From Felis catus (lineage: Eukaryota), in contig NC_058368.1 in assembly GCF_018350175.1 (NCBI RefSeq), forward strand, positions 182,592,001-182,656,000: DNA of 64,000 nucleotides, in the 5' to 3' direction. A program made the position numbers and the translations under genes. A model generated the notes under the pieces. That model was not told where the DNA came from, did no database searches, and worked only from the letters and a program-made list of their open reading frames with translations. Positions 25,596 through 37,399 of this stretch are shown piece after piece. Each line of letters opens with the position of its first letter. Position 1 is the stretch's first letter.

Positions 25596-25830
25596 AATAT
25601 ATGTGTGTGTGTCACAATAAAATTTTGAAAGTTTCATTTGTCCTTGAAATGCACATCAATTTTAATAAGTTATTCTTAACTTCTAACCAAATGCTTAAAA
25701 TACTCTTTCAAGCAGTGTTGCATTTTTCTCTTTTGTTCTTATTTCCTGTGCCACTCCCCTTTTTATGACTCAGATGTATTGTATACATTGCCAATATTTG
25801 TACTGCAGCAATCTTTTTAGTATTTTCAGT

Positions 25831-26277
25831 TGTATATCAGATTCCTGTGGCTGCCTTAGCAAATTACCACAAATAGGTTGGCTTAACACAACAGAAATTT
25901 ATTCTTTCATAGTTCTGGTGGCAAGAAGTAATAATCCAAGGTAGTGGCGGGGCCATAGTCCAGCTGAAGGCACTAGGGGAGAATCGTTACTTCCTTTGGT
26001 TTCTGAGGATTATTGGTGTTCTTCGACTTGTGACAGCGTAATCCAGTTTCTCCCTCCATCTTTACATTGCCTTCTCCCGTTTGTATCTTAAAACTCTCTC
26101 TGCCTTTCTCTCATAAGGACATCAGTCATTGGATTTAGGGCATGCCTTAAATCCAGGATGATCTTATCTTGAGATCCTTTCCTAATTGCATCTCCAAAGA
26201 CACTTGTTCTGAATAAGGTCACATTCTGAGATTTCAGGTAGATCTATCTTTTGGGGGTCACAATTCAAACGGATACA
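25831..26277 (-). mobile_element. MaLR solo LTR (MLT1 family)
   Basis: tgta...ggctgccttagcaaattaccacaaa...acaacagaaatttattct...caattcaaacggataca, with TG...CA termini. Confidence 0.85.
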
Positions 26278-26531
26278 GGTTAATTTATATTAATTATTTT
26301 TAAGTACCAGTACTATATTTTTTCTCATATAACTTTTTTTCTTCTTCACATTAAAAATGTTAGTTTTATGGAAGTTATAAGTGAGCTACAGCAAATAGGA
26401 GTGTACATTATTTTTAGGATATTTTCGAGTTGCATTCAGTGGTAAAAATATGTTTTCAATAAGAAAAAAATTACAGGAGCATACAAGTTTATAATTATAT
26501 TTTATTATGCCCTGTATAATATCTATCACAT

Positions 26532-26595
26532 AATTAAAATGTGGGACCACAGGTGAGGGTAGGGGGAAAAGAACATATGAATGAGATTTAAAAAT
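26532..26595 (+). repeat. 64-bp dispersed direct repeat, copy 1
   Basis: 62/64 identical to 28244-28307. Confidence 0.95.
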
Positions 26596-27069
26596 TATTA
26601 TGTTCCATGTATCATGCTTAAGAAAGATTTCTAGTATGTCTAGGCTAACTGAATTATTATGTACTTTTTTAACTGAATACAGTGTAACTGTTAAATATCA
26701 GAATTTTGAAGAATATTTAATGCTACTGGACAGTGTGAAGAACTTTAGATATAGAATTTAGTCTTGTGTTATGTTTGTGTATTTAAAAAAAATTGTTATC
26801 TCTGGTTGATGGCACTGTTTTATAATTAGTAGTCTTTTCTCTGCTTTCTGATTTTCTGCCATCAGCTAGTCTTATATTTATAGCTTAAAACTATTATTTA
26901 AAACTTTATAGATATGAGGAAACCATTTCTAAAGTTCTTAATTTTTAGGCTGGAAATGTGTGGTGTTTTTTCCTCTCTCCTTTTACTATTATCTATCTAC
27001 GTTGATTTAATAATGGGATAAATTGACAATTAGCCTTAATTTCCATAACATTTATCATTATTCTATTAG

Positions 27070-27970
27070 TTCATATTTATTTACTTACTCAGTATTTATA
27101 GTGTTCCCTCACTCTACCACATATAGGAAGATAAATATGAATAAATCATGCCTCTGCCCTCAAGGGATTTGCTATAGATTTTGGAAGACAGTCAAGACAA
27201 ATCAATAATTGCAAACAGTGTGATAGGTGGTATGATAGGGGTATATCCTAAAGTTCCGAAAGACTACAGAGGGAGAGCACATAATGCAGATTGGAAGAAT
27301 AAGAGAGTTTCCGAAAGAAGACGTCCATAGAACCGAGTGCTGAAGGAAACCACTTACATCAAGAAGGGAGGAGAGGAGCATTCCAAACAGAGAAAGCAAC
27401 GAGTCCAAAGGCCAGAAAACCCTAAATTTCAGTTAAGGAGGTTTTGGGAAGTAGTGAGTTACAAAAAAAGTCAGGGGACAGATCATGTATATGGACTTCA
27501 TTTTGAAGTCGATGGAGAATGAATGAAGGCTTAAAAATAGAATGGGTGTGTGCATCTTGGCTTTTCTAGAAGATTACACTGGCAAGAAACAGATAGGTGG
27601 ATGGATATAATGGCAGACAGGGCTTCAACTAAGTTGTTAGAATAATGCAGGAGGTAAGAAACGAGGTCTTCCACACAGGCAGATGCAGTGCTGCACAAGG
27701 GAAACGCATGGACTTGAAGGGTATTTAGAAGGTAGGCACTGCTATTGTAATGGTTTAAAAGAATGGAGATTAGGAAGAAATAGCATTTGAATCCTTATTT
27801 CTACCTTGGCCAACAATTTTTGTGAGGGTGCCATTCAGAGCAGAAACAGAGCAGAGCAATTTTGGTGAATACGATGAAAAGTTCAGATGTGGAAATGCTT
27901 ACCTTGAGATTGTTACGTAAGCTGAAATTTAGGTGATTATAAGACAGGTGAACTTTTAGGATCTGAACCT
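27070..27970 (-). mobile_element. LINE-2 fragment
   Basis: Typical antisense L2 motifs (tgcctctgccctcaaggg, ttctagaaagattacactggc, atttgaatcc). Confidence 0.6.
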
Positions 27971-28243
27971 CAGAAAAAATGTTATAGACTGCAGGTTAGC
28001 TTTACGAAGATATTAAAATATCTTCACAATATTTTAATATTGCAATACACACGCACAATATTTATGCACAAGGAAAACGGACAGCACAAGGTTGCATGTG
28101 CATGATTTACCCATATGGTTTTTAGGAGGGAAGATTCCCTATTATTTTCTGTTGTATTTTAAAAAGTGGTAACTGCTCCCCACAACATTTACAAATCCCT
28201 GGTATGAAAGAGATGTTGGAGGATAAAACCAAACTTACCACAA

Positions 28244-28307
28244 AATTAAAATGTGGGTCCACAGGTGAGGGTAGGGGGAGAAGAACATATGAATGAGATT
28301 TAAAAAT
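28244..28307 (+). repeat. 64-bp dispersed direct repeat, copy 2
   Basis: 62/64 identical to 26532-26595. Confidence 0.95.
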
Positions 28308-28490
28308 CAAGTGGCCAAAAGGAAGGTAGGAGTGGAACTAGAGATAGGCAGTTCTAAGGAGAAGACAGGCACAGGGTCAAACACTATGAAGAGGTTGTTA
28401 AAAAAGAAAAAAAAAAGAAAAAAGAAAAACAAAAATAAATTTTGGATACACAAACAAAAATCACTAGTATGTACAAAAGTTTCCTCTATT

Positions 28491-28702
28491 GGGGCGCCTG
28501 GGTGGCGCAGTCGGTTAAGCGTCCGACTTCAGCCAGGTCACGATCTCTCGGTCTGTGAGTTCGAGCCCCGCGTCAGGCTCTGGGCTGATGGCTCAGCGCC
28601 TGGAGCCTGCTTCCGATTCTGTGTCTCCCTCTCTCTCTGCCCCTCCCTCGTTCATGCTCTCTTTCTCTCTGTCCCCAAAATAAATAAAAGTTGAAAAAAA
28701 AA
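28491..28702 (+). mobile_element. Young Can-SINE (SINEC_Fc type)
   Basis: CpG-rich ggggcgcctgggtggcgcagtcggttaagcgtccgacttcagccaggtcacg; TSD tttcctctatt (28480-28490 / 28703-28713). Confidence 0.97.
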
Positions 28703-28714
28703 TTTCCTCTATTT

Positions 28715-28925
28715 TAAAGAGATATACTGAAGTTTGTAGGGGTAATGTACCATGATGATCTGGGATTTGCTTTAAATTACATTAGGACATGAAGAAATGA
28801 AACAAATATGGTGAAATGTTAGCAGCAATTCAATTCAGGTGATATGTTTACGGGGTTGATTATATTATTCTAACTTTATTCATGTTTGAAAAATTTCATA
28901 ACGAAAGGTAATACAAACAAAAAGT
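28715..28925 (+). mobile_element. Old L1MC/ME 3' end
   Basis: gagatatactgaagt...tctgggatttgcttt...gtttgaaaaatttcataa. Confidence 0.7.
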
Positions 28926-31087
28926 TAAAAATAAAAAAAATATATACTTTGCCAGAGCCAGTTCCCTACAAGGCATCAGTAATAGTGGAATTCAGATTCA
29001 AAAACAAAAAAAGTTTTCAAGTTCTATTTACATGACTTAGTTTATTTGCTATCTCTCTCTTTCTCTCATTCTCTTTCCTCCTTCCACTTCTCCTGTCTCT
29101 TTCCAGGACATATTTGGGAAAAAATAATAATTATTCTTGCTCTTCATATGCAGGAGTTCATATGAAAGAATTCATATGCAAAAACCAACTTTGGAAAGCA
29201 AATCTCCCTAAGTTCCCCCAATGGAGAAGAAAAAGGGGGGTCTAGGTCTACCAGATCATGTTTTACTTAAACGTTTGAAAGTACTAAAAACACATGCAAG
29301 AGCAAATATTACCACATTAATTGAAACTTGACTCAACCCAAGACTCCAAAGGTAAAAGTGTACGATGGGGTGGGCATTAACTCCTCATGTGTCAGATGAA
29401 GGCTTCTGTCAACCACGGTGGAGATGTCACTTTCAAGAAAAAAACAGGTCCACTTCAAGAAGTACTTGAAAAAAACATGATGTTTTAAAATATTTGTCCC
29501 TTCCAAGTTGAAGAGTAGTTTTTTTTTTTCCAGGCTCAAACTTCAAAACAGGCTGTGAGCATATCGGCTTGGCATGAGAATATGTAAAAGATTTTCTGCT
29601 TTCGCGCATAAGGTATACATAGACACACAGAGAGACATGATTTTTCCTTTTGCAAATAGCATTGCTTTATGGCAGATTGCCAGAACTCACAGAGGCATGT
29701 TATCACACTGTCAGGAGGCTTTGTACCAATGAAGAAAGATACCAGTTTGAGGTATTGTATAGAGTAATTGTGGTGTAGGTATTCCAATTGATAAAAGAGC
29801 AGAAATTTTGGCATTACATCAATAAGCAGTATAATTAAGGTAATAGGTAGCATGCCATCTAATCAAGTTACTACTGTAATACCAATGTGAGTTAACTTAC
29901 TTTACACTCTCTGAATACTAATTACTATCACTGTCAAAATTCTACAAGATGCAATATATTTAACAGAATTTAACCTAGCTGGATAATTACTATTGTGCTA
30001 ATAAATAAAAATTATTATTGAATAAACATACTGTAGCCAGTTTTTATGGATTTCCTCAAAAGTATTCTCTGGTTACAAGTACTATAATTAGAGGATATAG
30101 ACTAAATCTCATTAAAAAAAAAAAAAAAGCTTTAAACATGGTATCCTCTACTTCAGGTTTGTGTAAGACTACTTTTATCACATAGAAATTGAAAAAAAAA
30201 AACAATGTTTGAAATTCAAAAAGGCATTTAAAAATCTCCATGGGGTCAATTGTCATCTCTATTTGTGTGAGGGAGTAGATCAAGGATGCATTTCCTAGCA
30301 AAGATTAATTTTGCAGTTTCAATTATAGCTGGCTAATTCCCACTTTTAATATAGATTCCTGCTTTCAGAGCCTTCTATCTCAAAATTATAATACTAAAAT
30401 AAAAAGACTTGGGTAATTAATATTAATAATCCAAGTCCCTCTCTTAAATGCACCATCTCTCACACTTTCATTTTCATTTCTCCCTCTTTCTCACACTATC
30501 AGTTATTTGGTATTTACCTTCTTTTTCTACCTCCTTTAATTCTCATCTTCTCCCATCCCTACCTTCCATCATTCAACTTTCTTGGTTCAGTCATGCTTGC
30601 TTCCTTTCTCAAGTGTTGGCACTCACATGTTGAGTCCCAAAAGACTCAGTGCTCAGTCTCTTTCTGAATTTATTGACAGAATCAAATGTCAGCATGACAT
30701 ACATATGGAAGAAAACTCTACAATTTATCATATAATACAAAGTGCTTCTAGCTTTTAAATAAGACCCAAACCATTTTTTTAGCTACAAATATGTAGCTAT
30801 ATGTAAAAACACATATGTGTAGCTATATGTAAAAAACATATGTAACTACATATGTAGACATATGTAAAAATGGCATATTAAAAGCAAACATATATACATC
30901 TTCCTACCTGAAATGTCACAAATACAATAGAAATGTAATTTGTATAAGCACATACCATGCATAGAATGGGTATTGTAATCACAGCAGTAACAGCTGGAAA
31001 AGCATAATGTTAAACCATGTAGGAAAAGTTGGAAATACACCAGATTGATACCACAAAACATGATATTCTTCAGACATAGGGGTAAAA

Positions 31088-33430
31088 AGATGGCAGAAAT
31101 TAAAGAAGACATCATCAAGATGGTGGATCGAGAAAATCCAGACCATTTTCCTAATGGATACATTAAATACACAACTGGAAACTGGCTAAAATAATCTCAT
31201 AGTACGAAGGAAACAATCAGCAAAACTAAAAGGCAGCCGACAGAATGGGAGAAGATATTTGCAAATGACATATCAGATAAAGGGTTAGTATCCAAAATCT
31301 ATAAAGAACTTATCAAACTCGACACCCAAAAAACAAACAATCCAGTGAAGAAATGGGCAAAAGACATGAATAGACATTTCTCCAAAGAAGACATCCAGAT
31401 GGCCAACCAACACACTCATCATCCAGGAAATACAAATCAAAACCACAATGAGATATCACCTTACACCTGTCAGAATGGCTAACATTAACAACTCAGGCAA
31501 CAACAGATGTTGGCCAGGATGAGGAGAAATAGGATCTCTTTTGCATTGTTGATGGGAATGCAAGCTGGTGCAGCCACTCTGGAAAACAGTATGGAGATTC
31601 CTCAAAAAACTAAAAATAGAACTACCCTACGACTCTGCAATTGCACTACTAGGCATTTATCCATGGGATACAGGTGTGCTGTTTCGAAGGGACACGTGCA
31701 CCCCCATGTTTATAGCAGCACTCTCAACAATAGCCAAAGTATGGCAAGAGCCCAAATGTCCATCGATGGATGAACGGATAAAGAAGATGTGGTATATATA
31801 TACAATAGAGTATTACTTGGCAATCAGAAAGAATGAAATCTTGCCATTTGCAACTATGTGGATGGAACTGGAGGGTATTATGATAAGTGAAATTAGAGAA
31901 AGACAAAAATCACATGACTTCACTCATATGAGGACTTTAAGAGACAAAACAGATGAACATAAGGGAAGGGAAACAAAAATAATACAAAAACAGGGAGGGG
32001 GACAAAACAGAAGAGACTCATAAATATGGAGAACAAACTGAGGGTTACTGGAGGGGTTGTGGGGGGGGGATGAGCTAAATGGGTAAGCAGCACTAAGGAA
32101 TCTACTCCTGAAATCATTGTTGCACTATATGCTAATTTGGATGTAAATTTAAAAAAAAATAAAAAATAAAATAAAAATAAAGAAAGAATATCAAAAAAAT
32201 AATAATCTCATAGTATGGAAGTTCTAGTAATCAGTTAAAAATCTATAGCTACCAAGTGAGAGCCCAAACAAGGAAAAGCCACATACAAAATGGTAGATTT
32301 TGTGACATTTTTACTCCCCAGTTCAGCTCAGCACATTTTGGGGAAAGCAGTGGCTTCATCCCAGTTCTCTTCTGTGTGCAAGAAAGAACACAGAAAACTT
32401 AATTTGCAACATTGTAACTTGTCTAGGTGCTGATGGGTTTCTATGTCACTCAGCTGGCATGTCAGATGGCAAACACAGCAAAACTCTGATCTTAGGTTAG
32501 GGGCAACTGTGGAAAATAGTGGTTATGGCTTGTGAAAACCACAAGGATACTATAATACCTTGACTGTGACAAGAGAGGACTGACCAAAAGTGCTGTCATC
32601 CTTCCAAAAATAGGAGGGCTAATGCACATGTGTATACTGGAAGGTAATATAAATTGCCTCCTTCCTCCCCAGATCTAGAATTTAAACAACCATGCCTTAA
32701 CCTGACAAGCAGTAGGTTCTCAGAGATTTTTCTGGGGAATGTTACTAGCACAAGAGGAAAAACTTAAAAAAAATGCAATTGAAGATCTCTAACTTATTGA
32801 TAGAGATGAATCATATCAGAATAAAGATTATGGTTGGCATGCTATTCACTGAGGCTCTTGGTCATATGTTTTTAAAGCACAAGACTCAAAGAAAAGTTTT
32901 TTTAAGAACTTTCAGGGAAGAAGAGAAAATAGAAATGTGTTAAAATAAAAATTCATTTTTTCATACTTTTCAATATCTGAAAAGAAGAAGGCAATGGGAC
33001 ATTATCTTCAAAATTCAGAAGAACAACTATTTCAACTTACAATTTTATACCTAGCCAAACATTAAATAACTTCCCTCATAGAAGAAACATTTTCAGACCT
33101 GTGTAGTCTCAAAATTCTTAATTTTCATAGATCTTTTCTAAGGAAGTTATTGTAGGTTAAGCTTCTCCCAAATAAAAGAGTAAATCGAGAATGAAACCAT
33201 GGTCTGCAAGAAATAAGCAATTTTCCATGGGAAATAAGTAACCAAGTACTCCCTAAAATGGTACTGAGAAAGGATTGTAGCATGGTAGCTGTGTAATGAA
33301 TATACAGAGCTATGTATCCATGGGAGACTTTTGGAGGAAGATGAAATGTACAGAATAGCTGATGTGCCTGAGTATATGGAGAAGAGACTTACATAATTGT
33401 GACAAGTTTTGAGTGTTTTCTGAATTACAT
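31088..33430 (+). mobile_element. Ancient L1/HAL1-like 5' and ORF1 remnants, split by a younger L1
   Basis: gacatcatcaagatggtgga 5'-end-like motif; ORF1-end-like agaaggcaatggg...ttatacctagccaaac near 32990-33060. Confidence 0.45.
31205..32200 (+). mobile_element. 5'-truncated felid L1 (ORF2 C-terminus plus 3' UTR)
   Basis: ORF 31568-32023 [21 protein letters not shown]...CTPMFIAALSTIAK is the L1 ORF2 C-terminal domain; A-rich tail; perfect TSD aataatctcatagta (31190-31204 / 32201-32215). Confidence 0.96.
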
Positions 33431-33437
33431 AGAAGAC

Positions 33438-33798
33438 TGTTATGGACTGCATTTTGTCCACCATTCATGTTGAAGTCTTATAGCTCAGTGCCTCAGAATG
33501 TTACTTTATTTGAAAATAGGGTATTTAAAGAGGTGATTAACTTAAAATGAAGTCATTAGGAGGGCAGTAATCTAATATGACTGGTGTCCTTATAAGAAGG
33601 AAATTGGACAAACATGTAGAGAGGACCACGAGAAGACACAGGGAGAAGACATTCATGTATAAGCCAAGAGAACTCTTAAGAACACAACCCTTCTGACACC
33701 TTGATCTAAGACTTCTAGCCTCAAGAATTACAAGGAAATAAACTTCTGTTTAAGTATCTTTGTCTGTGATACTTTGGCAACCCTAGCAAACTATCACA
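33438..33798 (+). mobile_element. MaLR solo LTR (MLT1A/B-like)
   Basis: tgttatggactg...gactggtgtccttataagaag...aaataaacttctg...ccctagcaaactatcaca. Confidence 0.88.
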
Positions 33799-35444
33799 CT
33801 AACCCAACAATGATAAAAAAGAAAAAAAATCAGGATTATTATTAAACTGTTACTCAGGAAAAAAAAATAAAGGATTTGAGCTAACCATAAATATAATAAG
33901 GATATACTGGGGACAGGAAGATGGTCAGAAGGGTGAATGTTTGCTGGGCAGGGAGAGGCGGGGGCGGGGGGGAAGAAAGCAAATCATTCATCTTATTAAA
34001 AGGGAAGATAATAGACAATGAAACTGAAAATTAATTCTCAAAATAATTTAGAAGGACAGAAGTATGTACTCAAATAATCAACTAAAAGAGCTCAAAATTA
34101 TTGTTGCCAGAGATATGAAACTGATTAGGGGTAGGATATATTTTTGTGGAACTTGTAAACTAGCCACATTAATATATAACTTTGACTCATACCAAGCATA
34201 ACATATATGATTTGTAGTATTTACTACATTATTTGCTACATGTTACAAATGAAATTTAACATAGTGGAAGAGATGAATTATTTCTCTTGTTTCATAGAGT
34301 TTTATAAAGGCAGAACCAGAATTTAAAATAAAAACTTGAGAGTCCCAACTCAGTACTCATTTTCAAAATGACACCATATGACCTCGACTTTTCAGATCCT
34401 TGAAAATGGAAAGTTATTTCTGCTCCTAACATCTATGAGAGGGTTGACAACATTATGCCACAGGTATTAGACCCTTCTGAGATGGCTGCTGCTTCTACTA
34501 CAGAGGTTTTAAAGAGAGAGCCATTCATTTTCAATTAAGAACTTTAAAAAATTATCCAAGTCTTAAGTTGGGCTTAAGTAAAAATTTCAGTTCATTCCAG
34601 GGTAATCGACTTATTTTAGTATGAAAGCTGTAAGTAGTGAGAATACATACCTTTTGATATTAACAGTAAATAACTGAACCTTTATAGATGGGAAACTATG
34701 ATCTTTCTAGATTGAAACAGGAATGCTCAGGCTTAGCATCATACCATTCACTATAGGGATAGCTTATGATTTCAATCAACTGCACCAAATATGTACTAAA
34801 TCAAAGAATAGCTTCACTGTATTCTTTGTTAATTACAAATATTTAAAGTTGATTGAAATAATATTTGCATTTCTGTATATAATTATGTAATTGTGATGGA
34901 AAGAAGGAGTATGTGGAAACAGTAAAGAAAGTTGAGCTAAAGCCCTCTTAAATCCACTGGTCTTGTCTCTATTGTCAAAGGGTGGGTCTAAAAAGGGTGG
35001 GTCTAAAAAGGCACTAAATATCAGTAGTTGTCAGCAGTCCCTAGAACCCAAGGGATTTCGCCCAAGGTCAGGTTTACATTTCAGATCCCATATACCATCT
35101 ATTAGCACAAATATCGAAGTGCATAATGAATCTGTAGCCTAACCATTCTGCAGGATTTTCACCTTAGTTTATTTATTTTAGGATTTCTCCTTTACCTCCT
35201 GCATCCAAGTCAGTCAAATATTCATTTAATCTGTTAACATCTTGTTTGCAATAAATTGTGATTCATTCCTAGTCATCAAAACAATTTAACTAACAATGGA
35301 GAACTTACCTTGGGCTAGGCTTTATGCTAGGTACCAAAACAAACAAACAAACAAACAAACAAAAAAATGATAGTTAACATAAATTGTATGTGCAAATCAG
35401 AGTCATGATGGACCATTGTACAACTTAAGAATATGGTGTTGTAC

Positions 35445-35673
35445 GGGGCACCTGGGTGGCGCAGTCTGTTAAAGCGTCCGACTTCAGCCAGGTCACGATC
35501 TCGCGGTCCGTGAGTTCGAGCCCCACGTCAGGCTCTGGGCTGATGGCTCAGAGCCTGGAGCCTGTTTCCGATTCTGTGTCTCCCTCTCTCTCTGCCCCCC
35601 CCCCCCCCCCGTTCATGCTCTGTCTCTCTCTGTCCCAAAAATAAATAAAAAATAAAACGTTGAAAAAAAAAAA
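35445..35673 (+). mobile_element. Young Can-SINE (SINEC_Fc type)
   Basis: Perfect 17-bp TSD aagaatatggtgttgta (35427-35443 / 35674-35690); CpG-rich body. Confidence 0.97.
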
Positions 35674-36289
35674 AAGAATATGGTGTTGTAGAGGACTGGG
35701 TTACAAACAGGATGAAAAATAGGGCAAGATGTTAAAATATCAGGCGGCAACATAGCCTGACAGGCTTTGTATTTCATCCTTCAACTCTGATGTTTTCAGT
35801 CATGAAACTGTTACATATTGGCATCTCACATTTTTTTGTGAAGGGTGTTAACACTTAATGCTATCATTTTTTCCTTTTTTTAGTAAGTTTGAGTAGACTC
35901 ATCTTCCTTCTTATATTATTCATATCCAATTGCTTTTCAGTAATAAAGAGCTGATATTTCAGTTGCTATAATGAAAATTATACATGGAAATATGTAAGGT
36001 ATGTACCACATCATCTGCTACATGCTAAAGTGGAATTTGCTCTGTTTTGCTCCATTTCTGGCTTCTTCTAACAGAAGCAAATGCCTTCATTTAAAGGCTC
36101 TGTTCTTTGCATACTCCCTGTAGTTCTAGGAGATTCTCCTAACAGTATTCCACCTTGCTAGTCACAAGAGTATGTGTACTAGGTCTGGCCAACCATGCTA
36201 AACCATTCCTCTGGTCACAGTGCCTGGCAGAAGAAGGACTGTAACCAAAACTGGAATACATCTGATATGTCCTAAAGACAAGGATGTTC

Positions 36290-36495
36290 TACCAGAGAGA
36301 GAGAAGGGGGAAGTACATCTGAGAGATGCTGTGGTGGGGCCAGGTGGTGGAGGAAGACAGAAGGGGAAACAGAGAGAGGAAAGGAGGAAGGGAGAAAGAG
36401 AGTTAGGGGGTGGTCAGAAAAAGGTAGAAGGGGAAAAGGGAGAAAGAAGGGGAAAGGGAGGGTGGGATGGGAGATCCAGAGAGTGTGGGGAATGA
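36290..36495. repeat. GA-rich low-complexity purine tract
   Basis: Strongly purine-biased sequence with multiple G-runs. Confidence 0.8.
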
Positions 36496-36800
36496 GAATA
36501 TAAAGGCAATAATGTAATTTGAAAACCCCCAAACCCATTCTTATTTCAACAACCCAGTTATGGCTGCCAACATATTTTTAATTTTATTCTTGTAATTGTA
36601 TGTGGATGTGTGTGTATTCAGAACAATATTTATATATTTGTGCATTTGTGGGGGGGGGAATTTAGGATTCAGTGATACAAAGTGTTTAAAATATTTAAAC
36701 AAACAGTGATTTGGATTTTTAGAAAAAAACTAATTTTGATACTACTGAGAAATATAAACAAGCAAGACTAAAGCCAAAAGGTCTACAAAAAATAAGAATA

Positions 36801-37010
36801 GGGGCGCCTGGGTGGCTCGGTTGGGGGTCGGACTTTGGCTCAGATCCCGATCTCCCGGTTCATGGGTTCGGGCCCTGCGTCGGGCTCTGTGCTGACAGCT
36901 CAGAGCCTGGAACCTGCTTCAGATTCTGTGTCTCCCCCTCTCTCAGCCCCTCCCTGCTCATGCTCAGTCTCTCTCTGTCTCTCAATAATGAATAAATGTT
37001 AAAAAAAATA
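36801..37010 (+). mobile_element. Can-SINE
   Basis: ggggcgcctgggtggctcgg head, B-box, tail; TSD-like aagaata(gg). Confidence 0.95.
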
Positions 37011-37162
37011 AGAAGAATAGGAATATCCTTACCATAGTCTAGGTGACATTGATTTATAATAATTTTTATAACCCTTATGTTATTGGTTAATAATTACTAA
37101 TTATTACTACTTATGGGAATAGTAACTATAATTTACTGAGTGTTTACAATATACATACTATA

Positions 37163-37399
37163 CTTTTTTTAAAAATTTAAATCAGAGTCCAATTCTTTTT
37201 TTTTTTTTTAGTGTTTATTTATTTTTGAGAGAGAGACAGAGCGTGAGCTGGGGAGGGGCAGAGAGAGGGAGACACAGAATCCAAAGCAGCTCTAGGCTCT
37301 GAGCTGTCAGCACAGAGCCCTATGCGGGGCCTGAACTCACGAGCTGTGAGATGAGCCAAAGTGGGATGCGCTTAACCGTTGGAGCCACCCAGGTGCCCC
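37163..37399 (-). mobile_element. Can-SINE with 3' extension, inserted in a MIR
   Basis: SINE body 37196-37399; TSD atatacatactata (37149-37162) / atgtacatactata (37401-37414). Confidence 0.92.

Noticed and set aside
28491..28570. tRNA-like A/B boxes
   Set aside because: These are heads of tRNA-derived Can-SINEs, not tRNA genes.
28293..28694. 133-aa lysine-rich ORF
   Set aside because: A-rich tract plus read-through into a SINE.
18990..29590. Plus-strand acceptor/donor-like pairs (about 19009, 20816 and 29533)
   Set aside because: Weak donors and no coherent reading frame; such motifs occur by chance on both strands.
31568..32023. Longest ORF (151 aa) as a host gene
   Set aside because: It is the L1 ORF2 C-terminus inside a TSD-bounded truncated L1.
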